Shown piece by piece: positions 51,008-63,420 of a DNA stretch of 64,000 nucleotides; the stretch's first letter is position 1, and every line of letters begins with the position of its first letter. The notes under the pieces were generated by a model that saw only the letters and a program-made list of their open reading frames with translations, was not told the origin of the DNA and did not search any database. The position numbers and the translations under genes are program-made. This DNA is from Azolla caroliniana (Eukaryota > Plantae > Polypodiophyta), in assembly GCA_043228905.1 (NCBI GenBank), contig JBHGNT010000011.1:14818001-14882000 (forward strand). Reading direction: 5' to 3'.

Positions 51008-53124
51008 TCCCGGTTCTCGCCACCGAGGGATTCGCGGTTTCTCTCGTGGTTCGGCCGCACCGTCAGAAATTGGACCGAATGGCGCCCGTCCTGGCTTTTG
51101 ACCCTCGCGTAGGCCGAACCGTTGTCTAGCACCTTGGTCTCCATTCGCGCCGCCGTGATGTATGGTTCACCTAATATGACCGGGTGCGAGGACGTCTCCT
51201 GTACGAAGAAGTGCTGGTCAATCTCGACGTCGCCGATCTTGACTCGCACGTTTGGGCAGGCCCCATGCAGTTCCTCGGTGGCGCGCGTCGCCGCCCGTAT
51301 CTTCCACCTGTGCTTGGTGTTCATCGGCCACTTCCCCTTCTTATAGAAGTCCATGGACATCAGGTTTATTTCCGAACCGTGGTCCACCAATGCCACCACC
51401 GGTTCCTGAACATCTCCGATCTTTACCGAGGTCTCCGTGGTCGCTCGGGCCTAGTGTGGCCTCGAATAGTGGCTCTCCGCCCACTCATCTGCCAGCGCCG
51501 AGTCGTCGATGTGCGTCGTCCGCACCTCTACCGGTCTTTCCGGTTCCGTCTCCGTCGACAGCCTCTTCCGTTTCACCAAGTCTACAATGGAGTCGTGGAA
51601 CTCCTTCTTGGCGATCCCTAGCACCTCCCGCAATGACAGCTCCACTTTGCTGTCGAGGATCCGTTCTTCTAGGACCTTTCGTAGGTCCGTAGTCCTTTCT
51701 ATTTCCGTCCCCAATCGGTATCCTCCCTTCCTGGGGTTATCTTGCGAGCTAGACCCACCGGCATCGTTCCGTCGTTGCCCGAATTGGGTCTCGTACCGTT
51801 GTGAGGTCCCGGTCGCTCCGGCTTTCCCCACCTGTTTGTCTTCAACCAGAGCCTCGTAGTTTCGGCAGGCGGCTTCTACAAAGCCCGTCTTCTCCTCGAC
51901 TGGATTGCTCCACCCGGTTATTTCCCGGACCCGTCTCTCAGCGTGGTTCGTTTCATCTTTCCTTAGCCGTGCGCTGGCAAGACCTTCCAGCATTGCCGAC
52001 CAGAATCCGTCTTTGCCCTCCTTTCGGGCCTCGCTGCCCCCGACCCGAATGCCGGCCGACGCCGAGTAGTGGATGGCCTCCACGTGTCGGGCCGCCGCCT
52101 CTTCCATCAGTCTCTTCATTCCTCCTCGCCCGTCGTTTCGGTTCAGGGCCCTCCTGGTGTCGCCGGCGTGCACCCGGCCTTCCCACAGGTACACCACCCG
52201 GTTCCTCAATGCTTCTGCGAAATCGCCGCAGTCCTTCCGGATGTGGCCGACCTCGTCGCACCACATGCACCTGTTCCCTGTTGCCGGCCGTCGGTCACGA
52301 GCCGGTTCGCCGCCTTCCCTTCGAGTCTGGGCGATCTGGAGATCCTTTATTGCCCGCGTCAACTCGTCCAGCGCTGCTCCTCCGGACGAGCCATTGACCA
52401 TGCCGGTCGAAGCCGGACCGGTTTCGAGCCATTCCCGGGTCTCTTCCCTTCGCACTTGCGGTGCCGGTTCAAGCCTCCTTGCTGTGACAGAGCCCGCACC
52501 GGCCGCCCCGTTGTCAGCCCATTCTCGCCGTTTATCGAAACGGCCACAGACTCTCTTAACCGCAGCCCAGTCGGTTGTCAGCCCGTCCTCGGTTTCCAGC
52601 AAGGAGCCGACTTGGTCCCGGTCCCGCTCGTCCACCGACTTGACGAACAGTAGGACCCGGCTCGTATCCAGAACGGTTCGGTCAAGCGCTGAAAGGCGCG
52701 CAAAGCATTCTTCGAACTCCCGGAGGAGTGCCGTCGCGTTTCTTCCCTTTCCGGGGAACTCCACCCATTCCATGAAGTCCCGTTTCGAAAGCCGGAGCAC
52801 GTCGTCCAGCTTGTATTTTTCTAGGAGTCGGCCTTCGAACTCCTCCCAGGTACGGCTCTCCGCCCGCACCTCGAGCACCTCCGCATGGATGCTCGGCATC
52901 GCCACTCGAGGAAACCCGGCAAGAAGCCCCTCTTCCGGAATGTCCCGCATCAGCATTTCTGCCCCGTAGGACGCCAAATACTTCGTGGCATCCTTTCCGC
53001 TGAACCGGCCAATCGTACCGATGACCGCCTCAATGGCTCTGTCGAGGGCGCCGGTGCCCTCGCGTGCACTCAATATCCGATCCACGGCCGAAGCCATGGC
53101 CTCTGCAAGATCCGACCCTTTCAT
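50998..53124 (-). pseudogene. gypsy E gag-protease, one TGG>TAG stop at 51451
   Basis: CMWCDEVGHIRKDC knuckle, VDHGSEIN aspartic protease; copy D has W at the stop position. Confidence 0.9.
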
Positions 53125-53146
53125 CTTCTGCTCTTCTGCCGCCTCC

Positions 53147-53164
53147 TTCACGTCGGGTTCACCA
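53147..53164 (-). other. primer binding site complementary to plant tRNA-Trp
   Basis: TGGTGAACCCGACGTGAA matches the 3' end TTCACGTCGGGTTCACCA of plant tRNA-Trp(CCA), recalled from memory. Confidence 0.85.
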
Positions 53165-53540
53165 AAGATGTCGAGGTTTTCCTCGCGGATGCGTGGAATG
53201 AGGCAGGACCTCGGGGGTCCTGTACCAAAGAGCAAGAGAGAAAGGAGAAGATGCCCACTACGTGCGAGAGTAGATTCACAGGGACACGGCCCTTCGACAC
53301 AAAGACGCGAGTGGGACAGCAACACAGGGAGACACAAACGTATGTATGTATTAACAAAGACAAACAACACAACACGGAGTCGGTTACAACCGAACAGGCC
53401 GGCGAACAGATGCCGATACCTGTTCGTAAACGCACAGAAAGGAAGGAGTAGGTTGGAGGTGCTGCCGGAAGCACTCGGGCATTCCTTAGAGCAGCACGAG
53501 CCTCCCGAAACCTGCACAGAAGGAAGCTATGGCGTTTGCG

Positions 53541-53601
<61 letters not shown>

Positions 53602-53625
53602 CCTTCGCCCACGAACCGACAACAC

Positions 53626-54601
53626 TGTTAGGAAACAGGTCCCTCCGGATGGGAAGGGAGAAGAACAGTGCCGACGAACAAACTGTATAAACCGGATGGG
53701 GAGTACCCGACTGCGGAGAGCCGGATGGTGTAGACCCGGTATGAACCGGATGAGGAGTACCCGACTGCGGAGAGCCGGATGGTGTAGACCCGGTATGAAC
53801 CGGATGAGGAGTACCCGACTGCGGAGAGCCGGATGGTGTAGACCCGGTATGAACCGGATGGGGAGTACCCGACTGCGGAGAGCCGGATGGTGTAGACCCG
53901 GTATGAACCGGATGGGGAGTACCCGACTGCGGAGAGCCGGATGGTGTAGACCCGGTATGAACCGGATGGGGAGTACCCGACTGCGGAGAGCCGGATGGTG
54001 TAGACCCGGTATGAACCGGATGAGGAGTACCCGACTGCGGAGAGCCGGATGGTGTAGACCCGGTATGAACCGGATGAGGAGTACTCGACTGCGGAGAGCC
54101 GGATGGTGTAGGCCCGGTATGAACCGGAGGAAGAGACATATTCGTAAATATGTCTCTGAGAGCCCATCGAGGCTACGTTTGTAAATAGCCGGAAAGTCAT
54201 ATTAGTATAAATATGACTTAGGGCAAACTTTTAGGTGTGTCGTTTTTGTTGTTGTCATTCTTCCTTGTTGGTGCAAGAAGAAGAGAGAGAGCGTAACTGT
54301 ACAGAGAGAGAGAGAGAGACGAGGTCGTTGCCTCTATTATAACCGCCGCCTGTGGCGAAGATCTGAGAGCACGAGGTCGTTGCCTCAGTGAACTCACTGT
54401 TGTATATTCCTACAAAGTGACAGTTTGCAGCCTGTGGGCTGCCGTGGTTTTTTCCCCTATTTTGGGGTTTTCCACGTAAACCTCCTGTGTACCATTTCTC
54501 CCCTTTGTGTCGCGTTTTTTTTTATTACCTGTTTTTCTGTGTATGAAAAGAATCTCGGTTGTGGCCGAGCATCGGACATAAGGAACGTCGAGTTCTCAAC
54601 A
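53626..54601 (+). mobile_element. solo LTR of the copia A family (976 bp)
   Basis: TGTTAG...CAACA; collinear with 3675-4320; no PBS or PPT. Confidence 0.92.
53685..54128 (+). repeat. 8 tandem copies of a 54-bp U3 repeat
   Basis: GAGTAC at 53701, 53755 ... 54079. Confidence 0.97.
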
Positions 54602-56661
54602 ATTTCGTCCTCGACTCTCCGCGATCCCTTCGCCCCTCCTCGTCTCCCTCCTTTTATAGGCAAGGAAGGAGCCGTTTCCCCTTTACTTCCTACCTACCGA
54701 ATTTGCCTGCCTAGGATCTCCTATGTACAACATAAGGCGCACGTGCATGAAGAGCCGGTTCCTACGCTCTGGTGCACCGATTCCGCTTGTGGACGGTTTT
54801 CTTCACGACACCGTGTAGTCTACTCCGCGTCCGGTTCCTTCATTCTCGGCACCACCGTGTGCCGTCCCCCGTCGTCCTTGTTCAGCACCGCCTATGCTGA
54901 ACACCGTCCTGCGATCGTGCTTTGAACCGGCCCTCGGTGGCCATATGCATGTCTCTTGTTCCGCTTTGGGTGCGCCATCCCGGCTCAACACATCGCTCCT
55001 TGCTTGTCCTTACCGGCTACTTTTGAATCCGTAACCGGGCAGTAAGGATTCGCCTCATTGTCCACTCTTCCACGTTGCCGGGTCCCATTCCCTACCGCCA
55101 CCGTCCTTCTCACTCGGTCTCACCCTGCCACGTCGGCTTGGGCTGCTGGTGTCTTCGGATCGGTGTGAGGATCCCATAGGACCGGCCTTCCTTTTCTCCT
55201 CCTTCCATCGACCTTGTCGGAAGGTCCGGTTTTGGTTTGTGGCCACCTCGTCGGCCCGTTACCTCCTTGCCGCTCTACCTTCGTCATCCGATCACGTTCA
55301 CCTGCCGCCACCGTCCTTTCCTATAGGACTCATGTTGGCACTCGGGCCGACCGCCGGATCAGTGTGAGGATCTCGTGGGAAGTCCCCCTTTTCCGTCTTC
55401 GGTTGCCCGCCTTGCCGCCGCCACCGTTCTTCTCTCTAGGTCTCACGCCAGCTCTCATTGCCGGTTGCCGGAGTGTCTAGAACTGGTGTGTGTAAGGTCG
55501 CAGCAGCACCGCTTGCCGTTTTCCCCTCGTCGTAGTTCCGACCTCTGCGTCGGCCTCTTCTATTGGTCACGTTCACCTACCGCCATCGTCCTTTCCTATA
55601 GGACTCACGCCGGCTCTCGGGCTGACCGCCGGATTGGTGTGAGGGTCTCCGTAGACCGCCTAGCCACAGTCCTTTGCCTTCGTACCCTCGCCGCTATTGT
55701 TCGTCACTCTAGGTCTCACGCCGGTTCTTGGGCTGACCGCCGGAGTCTCTAGAACCGGTGTGAAGGATCCTCCTTGGGATTGTTGTATATCGAACCCTGC
55801 CCTAGTCACACGATATACAACAAGCCCAAGGACGATCTGCGTAGGCCTGCTCCTAACTCCCTTCCGGATCGGTTATCCGGAAGTTCGCTCCGCGCGGTTC
55901 TCATCTGGGCTCGTCCATCACTCTGCATTGTCGGGTTCCGTTCTCTTGCCACCACCGTCAGTGTCTTGGTCTTACGTCGGATCCGATGCCGACCGCCGAA
56001 GTCTCTAGATCCGGTGTGAGGTGACCCATAGGACCAGTCTTAGCTCTCCGCTTCGTCCCTTGTACTTCTACCGAATTCGTTGTCGCTCTCCTTGCTGTGC
56101 TCCCGCCTCCATCTCCCTTCTGTTTTAGTATCACGTTGCCCACGTGGGTCGAACTGCCAAAGTCTCCGGTCAAGATGTGGGTCCATCGATTTCGTAACGA
56201 CTCCCAATGAATCATTCGGGGCCACCGACCCTTCTAGTGGTGTCGGTGGAAAGCATTCGTTCCATGATTGATCAAACCCCACCAGGGCTTGATTCTCCAA
56301 TGTCCGGAGTTCCTGCCGGACTTGTTCCGTACCCTCGATCATCTTCCTTTCGATTCCTGACCTTCGCCCGGTCGGTCTTTCTCCCCATGTAAAAGAGGGG
56401 GGACTGGCCCGCACCCTCTTCCGTGTTGGCACCTTCATGCCGAACCTTGCCCTAGTCACACGTTCCATGTCCGGATCGTGCTCCACCCAAATCGGGATAC
56501 TGACCACTCTGATCCCCGGTCGGTTCAACTTCTGATTTCGCTCCCCTCGGTGCCAACTCTCATTCCCTCCTTCTCTGCCGTAGCTCCATCCTCGACCTTC
56601 TCGTAGGCCGTTTCCCATCCGCCTTTGTTGGCATCGTGCCAAGACTCCTCGCTTGTGCCTT

Positions 56662-57081
56662 TGAAAAGAATGGCGTGCGAAAGCAATATAGGAAACCGAA
56701 CAACAAAAAACGCAGGTTTAATGGAAAGCTTAGGTTTGCATAGTACGCACGGGAGAGACAGAGAGAAAGTAAACATAAGAACTTAATTAAAAAATAATAC
56801 TCGATCTGTACATCGTGTGTGTTCAATGAACACTTTTATACAAGTCCTTTTCGGACTGACAGTACTTCAATGCTCATTGAGGAGCCCCTACACTAACTCC
56901 CAAATATATTCCTTGCGGAATATCTTTCCGATGGCCTCCCGGTTTCCGCCCCGATCTGGCCTTCCTACGCACCGGTCTGCGTACCGGTTTCCAACCGAAC
57001 GGGCCTAACCGATCGGTCCCAACTAATCGGGTCCTCGGCTTGCTCAATCGATCCGGCCCATGTTGAGCTTGTCTCTCAACA
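56662..57081 (-). mobile_element. solo LTR of the copia G family (420 bp)
   Basis: Near copy of 29503-29934; TSD GCCTT/ACCTT. Confidence 0.9.
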
Positions 57082-57514
57082 ACCTTCCATCTCTCTAGTC
57101 TTATGTCGACACACGGGCTCGATTGCCGGAGTCTCTGGAATCCGCGTGGAGGGCTCTTCTTCGCGTCAGACCTCCTCCTTGGCCGGTCTTTCTCGCAAGT
57201 CGAGAGGGTCGCTTGCTCCGCACCCCCTCCCGTGGTACCGTCATACCAATCTTCTGCCATCTCGTGGGGCTGGTCCGTCTCCTCGGCGCCGGCTTGTGGC
57301 CTTGATCTTTCCTCTTCGTCGAGAGCTGCGTATGCCTCCGCAATCCTGGCCCCAAAGCCGAGCCTTGCTAACTCTATTTGCCGTTCGACCTCTTCCCGTT
57401 GTGATGGCGCGCCGTTGCGCGCCTTCCTCCTAGCCTTCTCAGCCCGTTCGTCATCTAGCCGTTGTCATACCCTTCCGACCTTCGACCAGTCCTCCGTAAG
57501 GCCATTCGCTCCGT

Positions 57515-58408
57515 TGTCGTGGAGAAAACCGTCCCTAGGTAGAATCGGAGAATAATGTGTGCGAACCGGCCCTTATACGTAGGCACAAGTTTTGTTGTAA
57601 TATATATATTTAGGTACAAGTCGGCATATGTGAATATCCTAGGTAGCATGCATTTGTTAGGTAGAAAATCGAGGCGAATCTCTGTCTGAAAGGACAGAGA
57701 GTAAAGATAATGTAACAGGTTGTGACGGCCTCCCTCCTTGGGCTATAAAAGAGAGGGAGAGGAATCGTAATGGGGATCGCTGTTGTCGAGGACGAAGTGC
57801 TGTCGGACTGGAACCGAGCTCTTCTCCTCCGTCTTTCTCTGTGTTTGCGTTGTGTAGGTTTTCGGGATGCTGACTCTGCTCCGCGGAACGCCCGAGTGCT
57901 TCCGGCAGAGTCTCCATCTCGCGTCTGTGTGCGTGTCTGCGTGCAGGCGTCAGTGCTTGTCGCTCACCGGCCCGCTGGTTGTAACCCCTTTCATCTGATA
58001 TATATATATATATAAACATACACGCATTCATCTTGTTCCAATGGGTTGTGGTTTCTGTGTATTCGTGTGAGTGTGAAGCACGATCGTTGTTTTTCTCGCT
58101 CACCTTCTGCTCTCTTGCTCCTCGGTCCAAGACCCCCGTGGTCTTCATCTCGCGTCTGTGTGCGTGTAGGCGTCAGTGCTTGTCGCTCACCGGCCCGCCG
58201 GTTGTAACCCCTTTCATCTGATATATATATATATATATATAAACGTACACGCATTCATCTTGTTCCAATGGGTTGCGGTTTCTGTGTATTCGTGTGAGTG
58301 TGAAGCACGATCGTTGTTTTTCTCGCTCACCTTCTACTCTCTTGCTCCTCGGTCCAAGACCCTCGTGGTCCCGCCTCGTTCTACATGCACGCGCGTAAGA
58401 ACGTGACA
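57515..58408 (+). repeat. 5' LTR of gypsy D with an internal ~231-bp tandem duplication (57910-58370)
   Basis: TGTCGTGGAGAAAACCGTCC start, TATAAAAG, GTGACA end before the PBS. Confidence 0.88.
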
Positions 58409-60520
58409 TATTTGGTGAACCCGACGTGAATAGGCGACAAAGGAATAGGAAAATGAGGTGATCGGAGCTTGTAGAAGCCATGGCTTTAGCTGTGGATCGG
58501 ATAGTGAGTGCGTGCAAAGGCGAAGGCGCCCTCGATAGAGCCATTGAAGCGATCGTCGGCATGATAGGCCGGTTTGGTGGAAAGGATGCCACGAGCTATT
58601 TGGAGGCCTACTGAGCCGAAATGGTGACGAGGGACATTCCGGAGGACAGGCGACTGACTGGATTCCCTCGGGTGGCAATGTCGAGCAACCATACGGAGGT
58701 GCTCGAGGTACGGGCTGAGGGCCGGACCTGGGAAGAATTTGAAGGGCGGCTCCGTGAGAAATACGGGCTTGATGACGCGCTTCGGCTATCGAAGCGGGAC
58801 TTCATGGAATGGGTGGAGACCCCAAAAAAGGGAGAAACGCGTCGGTGCTCCTCCGGGAATTTGAAGAACGCTTCCCGCGTCTTTCGGTGCTGGACCGGAC
58901 CATACTGGACACAAGTCGTGTCCTATTGTTTGTTAAATCGGTGGACGTGAGGGAGTGGGAGCAAGTGGGCCTCCTGCTGGAGATCGACGACGGGCTGACG
59001 ACCGACTGGCCCGTGGTGAAGAGAGTCTTCGGCCGTTTTGACAAACGACGAGATTGGGCCGATAAAGGCTCAGCGGGAGGAGGCTTTGTTGCAGCAAGGA
59101 AACTCGAGGTACCCCCACCGGCGCGAAGGGAGGAGACCCGAGACTGGCTCGAGGCCGGCTCGACTTCGACCGGCGTTGTCAAAGGCCCGTCCGGAGGAGC
59201 GGCTCTAGAGGAGCTGACTCAGATGGTGAGGGACCTCTAGATTGCACAAGCACGGAGGGACGACGGCGAACTAGCCCATGACCAAAGAAATCCAGCTGGG
59301 CATCGGTGCTTGTGGTGCGACGCGGTCGCCCACAACCGAAAGGACTGCAGGAACTTTGCCGAAGCGATAAGGGCCAACGTGGTGTACCTATGGAACGGGT
59401 GGGTACACGCTAGCGAAACCTGGAGGGCCCTAGATCTGAACATCGGACGAGGGAGAATGAAACGGTTGATGGAGGAAGCGGCGGCTCGCCATGCGGAGAC
59501 CATCCACTACTCGGCGTCGGCGAGAATCTAGGACTCCGGGTTCTAGCCGTTGGTGCTGGAAGGCCTAGCCGGAATACGGCTGAGGAAAGAGGAAGCGGAC
59601 CGCGCGGAAAGACGGGTCCGGGAGGTAACCGGGTGGAGTGACCCGGTCGAAGAGAAGACGGGATTCGAGGAAGCCGCATACCAGAACTACGAGGTTCTGG
59701 TGGAAGACAAGCGCACGGGAAAGATCGGGGGGGCTGGGCCCTCACAATGGTATGAGACCCGGTTCAGGCTGAAGCCGAATGATGTCGGTGCATCCGGCGC
59801 ACCGAACAAGGCTAAGAAGGTCGGTTACCGGTTGAGCACAGAGATTGAAAGGACCATGGACCTACGAAAGGTCTTGGAGGAACGGATCCTCAACAACAAA
59901 GTGGAGCTGTCACTGAGGGAGGTGCTCGGAATCACCAAGAAGGAGTTCCATGACTCCATCGTAGACTTGGTGAAGTGGAAAAGGTTTTCGACAGAGCCGG
60001 AGCCGGAGAAGCCGGTGGAGGTGCAAACGACGCACCTAGAAGACATGGCCCTGGAAGACAAGCTGGCGGAAAGCCACTACTCGAGGCTACATTGGGCTAG
60101 GGCCACTATGGAGACCTCTGTTAAGATTGGAGATGTCCAGGAGCCGGTGGTTGCGTTGGTAGACAACGGTTCGGAAATCAACCTAATGTCCATGGACTTT
60201 TACAAGAAGGGCAAGTGGCCGATCAATGCCAAGCACAGGTGGAAAATACGAGCAACGACGTGTGCCACAGAGGAGATACACGGAGCCTGCCCGGATGTAC
60301 GAGTGAAAATCGGTGATGTCGAGATTGATCAACACTTCTTTATGCAGGAGACATCCTCGCATCCGGTGATACTCGGGGAACCGTACATCACAGCGGCACG
60401 AATGAACAGTTCAACATACGTGTGAGTCAAGAGCTGGGATGAGCGTCACTCCGTCCAGTTTCTGACGGTACGACCGAACCATGAGCGGAACCGAGAGACC
60501 CTCGACGGCGAAAGCCGAGG

Positions 60521-60586
60521 GGATTTTTAGAGAGGGCTATCAAGGTGTGGGGCCGCGATAGTCTGGACACCCCGAGAAACCCCCAC
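60521..60586 (+). promoter_or_regulatory. putative -1 frameshift signal in D
   Basis: GGATTTTTAG, stem GGGCTATC/GATAGTCT, GTGGGG/CCCCAC. Confidence 0.7.
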
Positions 60587-63043
60587 GGATGTACTGTAGG
60601 GAAGAAACCTTGTACCATAGGTAGGAAGTTTTGGTTCTCCGATAGCGGAGGTTGTACAATAACCGACGTCGTTGGCCGGGAGAAGAAGCAGGTAGAAGAG
60701 TGACTCAGGGCATGTAGAGTCCTCGCCCTTGAAGAGGAAATCAACGGAGACGTGGAGGCGATCTCTCTTGATGACAACTTGGGGAAGTTATGGAAGGTGT
60801 TCGAAGAGGGCCTTAGTGAAGACCGGACGATTTCTGTATGTTCGGAAAAGTTGTACGAAGTCATCGCCGACTTCGGTAGAGGACTCGAGTCGGATCGGAT
60901 GGCCCGAGTGGACACGAAGTACAAGACTGTGGACCGGAAGGTGAGGCCAAGCGCGGCACCCTTGCCGGAGGGCAGCGAGTTACGGATGAAAGGGGTCGCG
61001 TCGGACCCAAGTTTACGAGATCCGGCCGGCATAGGACACCGATTCACCGACATAACGCTATGAGAGCTCAAGGTAGGTGGGGGTGGCTTTCTACTGCCGG
61101 CGGAGGAGGACCGGTTTCGGGGAATGCTCGGGAGGCACAAAAAGGCCTTCACATTCTAGCCGGAGGAAATCGGGTGCGTAGACCCGACGATTGTGGAACC
61201 GATGGTGATCTTCACGGTACCGCATGTACCGTGGAATCTCAAACCGATTCCAGTACCTAGAGCTCACATCCCGAAGCTAATGGAGCTGCTGAAACAGAAG
61301 GTGGATATGGGCATCCTCGAACCGTTGAGTGCCGCATATTCTAATCGGTGGTTTACCGTGCCCAAGAAGAACGGCACGCTGCGCTTCATTCAGGACCTGC
61401 AACCGGTCAACAAGGTGACCATTCGGAATGCAGGAATCGGACCGACCATAGATGAGTTCGCGTAGGCCTTCTTTGGAAGGTCAATTTAGTCGGTCGGTGA
61501 TCTGTACTCGGGATACGATCAGTTTCAGCTAGCCGTGGAGATCAGGGACATTACGACGATGCGGACTCCTCTCGGCCTAGTACAGATGTGTACCCTTCCG
61601 CAAGGGGGGACGAACTCGGTAGCCCACATGGTGAACGCAATGAACAAAGTGCTAAGGGATTGTATCCCGGATATCACCATGCCATTCTTAGACGACATCC
61701 CGATCAAAGGATGCTAGTGGAGGATAAGGACAAGACAATCGGACCGGATGGATGCCGGAAATTCGTGGCGGACCACGTCGATGACTGCGAGAAGGTGCTG
61801 CAAAGACTAGAAGGATCGAGGCTCACCTTCTCCGGGGAAAAATCGGCCTTCGGCCAATCGGAGATCATGGTCGTCGGACACCTATGCGGGCCATTCGGTC
61901 GGAACCCGTCGTCGGCCGAGGTAGAGGCCATCTCCGCGATGAAGCGTGACTGCAATTTGGTCATGGAAGTCCAGAGATTCTTGGGAGCATGTGCGTTCTA
62001 CCATATTTGGATCCCGCATTACGCCCACGTCGCGGAGCTGCTCTATGGATTGCTAAAGAAAGGGCATAATTTCGAGTGGAGAGAGGAGCATACGGAGTCG
62101 GTCTGGAAGATGAAAGAAGCACTTGTTGCGGCGCCGACACTCCGGAAAGTGGTCTACGGTAAAGACATTCCGATTTACGTGACCGTAGACATGAGTCCGA
62201 CCAGAATCGGATGGGTGATCAACTAGGAGGATGAGAATGGCACGAGGTTCCCCATCCGGTTCGGTGCGAAAGTCCTCAGTGAACGACAACGAGCTTTGGG
62301 GTATCGTTTCGGCGGTCAAGGTCGACAAAGACTATCTGATCGGGATAGAGGTGATAATTGAGACAGACTCCCTGCCGATTCTCGGTATGGTTTCCGGATG
62401 CGCGACGCCGGACCTGGCAATGCTCAGGTGGATAGCGTACATCAAGTCCCTGAATCCGGAAATACGACACATTTCCGGAAAAGACAACACCATGGCCGAC
62501 ATGCTTTCAAGGGCGAGATTCGATGATGAGGACGGCATGGTTTCGGAGGACGAAGAAGTCGGTGTGGACTTCTTTGAGACGGTGTCGTGAAGATCCGTCA
62601 CTACGCGCGGATCGTGAGGCGGAACCGCCGGGGTTCTGGACCGGAAGGATTCAAAGTCGGTACAAGCTTTGGCGCAAGCTTTGGCGAGAAAGTACTTAAG
62701 ATAGATTGGGAAAGGGAGAAGTTGAGATTAAACGATTGAGAGAGATTGATTGAACTTTTATCTTTGGATTTAAGAAACAAGTTACACGATCAATTTGATA
62801 ACGAATTTCTTCTTCTTAATTTCATAACAAAAAAAACGCGTTTTTTCTCCTCCCCCTTCCTTCTTTTATAGATGCTCTCATGCATATGATGCATGTGAGG
62901 GTACAAGACATGCATAAAATTCATGCTTGCCATTTGGCGCTTATGTATTACATGTGGTGCATGATAACCATGTCACTCATTTTAGCTCTCATGTATGAGA
63001 ATTTACATGTAAAAGTACAATGATAGAAATATAAATTCAACTA

Positions 63044-63115
63044 AATGGCATGGCTTAATGGTAAGCCAATTGACTCCTAACTCGAAGGTGCAAGGTTCAA
63101 ATCCTTACTTGCTCT
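63044..63115 (+). other. tRNA-like sequence with Pol III A and B boxes inside LTR C
   Basis: TGGCTTAATGG 63051-63061, GGTTCAAATCC 63094-63104; D- and T-arm hairpins present, acceptor stem absent. Confidence 0.55.
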
Positions 63116-63164
63116 CCTTGTATATGTATATATATATATATATTTATATATTTATTTATCTAGT

Positions 63165-63420
63165 CACCGGACGCCGGTTCGCCGGATGCCGTCGGTTACC
63201 GGTGCCTCGCCGTCGCCGGATTGCCGTCGGATGCCGGTGTCTCACTAGTGCCGAATGCCGCCGGAACACCGGCTCCATCACCGGTCCGGTTTTGGTTGGC
63301 CGATGCTGCCGCCGGATGCCGTCGGTTACCGATGCCTCGCCGGATGCCGCCGCCTCGCTGTCGCCGTCGGATGCCGTCGGAACACCGGCTCCATCGCCGG
63401 TCCGGTTTTGGTTGGCCAAA
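63165..63420. repeat. GC-rich degenerate repeats (GCCGGATGCCGTCG) in U3 of LTR C
   Basis: Two ~115-bp related blocks ending CCGGTCCGGTTTTGGTTGGCC. Confidence 0.8.

Larger units (their letters stand above)
46805..54810 (-). mobile_element. full-length Ty3/gypsy element E (no chromodomain, tRNA-Trp PBS)
   Basis: LTRs 46805-47470 and 53169-54810 (interrupted), PPT 47471-47482, PBS 53147-53164, TSD CCGT, order gag-PR-RT-RH-INT. Confidence 0.96.
53169..54810 (-). repeat. 5' LTR of gypsy E, split by a copia solo LTR
   Basis: 53169-53625 plus 54602-54810 reconstitute 46805-47470. Confidence 0.92.
45091..57514 (-). mobile_element. gypsy element F: 3' LTR 45091-45917 plus long 3' internal region, hosting E, a copia solo LTR and D
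   Basis: LTR termini TGTCG...CGACA; PPT GGTGGGGGCGGA at 45918-45929; sequence left and right of E shares repeat motifs. Confidence 0.78.

Noticed and set aside
53125-53517. N-terminal extension of the E gag ORF
   Set aside because: Runs through LTR and PBS sequence; not evident as a conserved frame in D; the likely start is ATG 53124
52985-54200. Long repetitive ORFs (GMNRMRSTRLRRAGWCRP)n and antisense equivalents
   Set aside because: Artefact of a stop-free 54-bp LTR repeat and (AG)n; the ORFs cross element junctions
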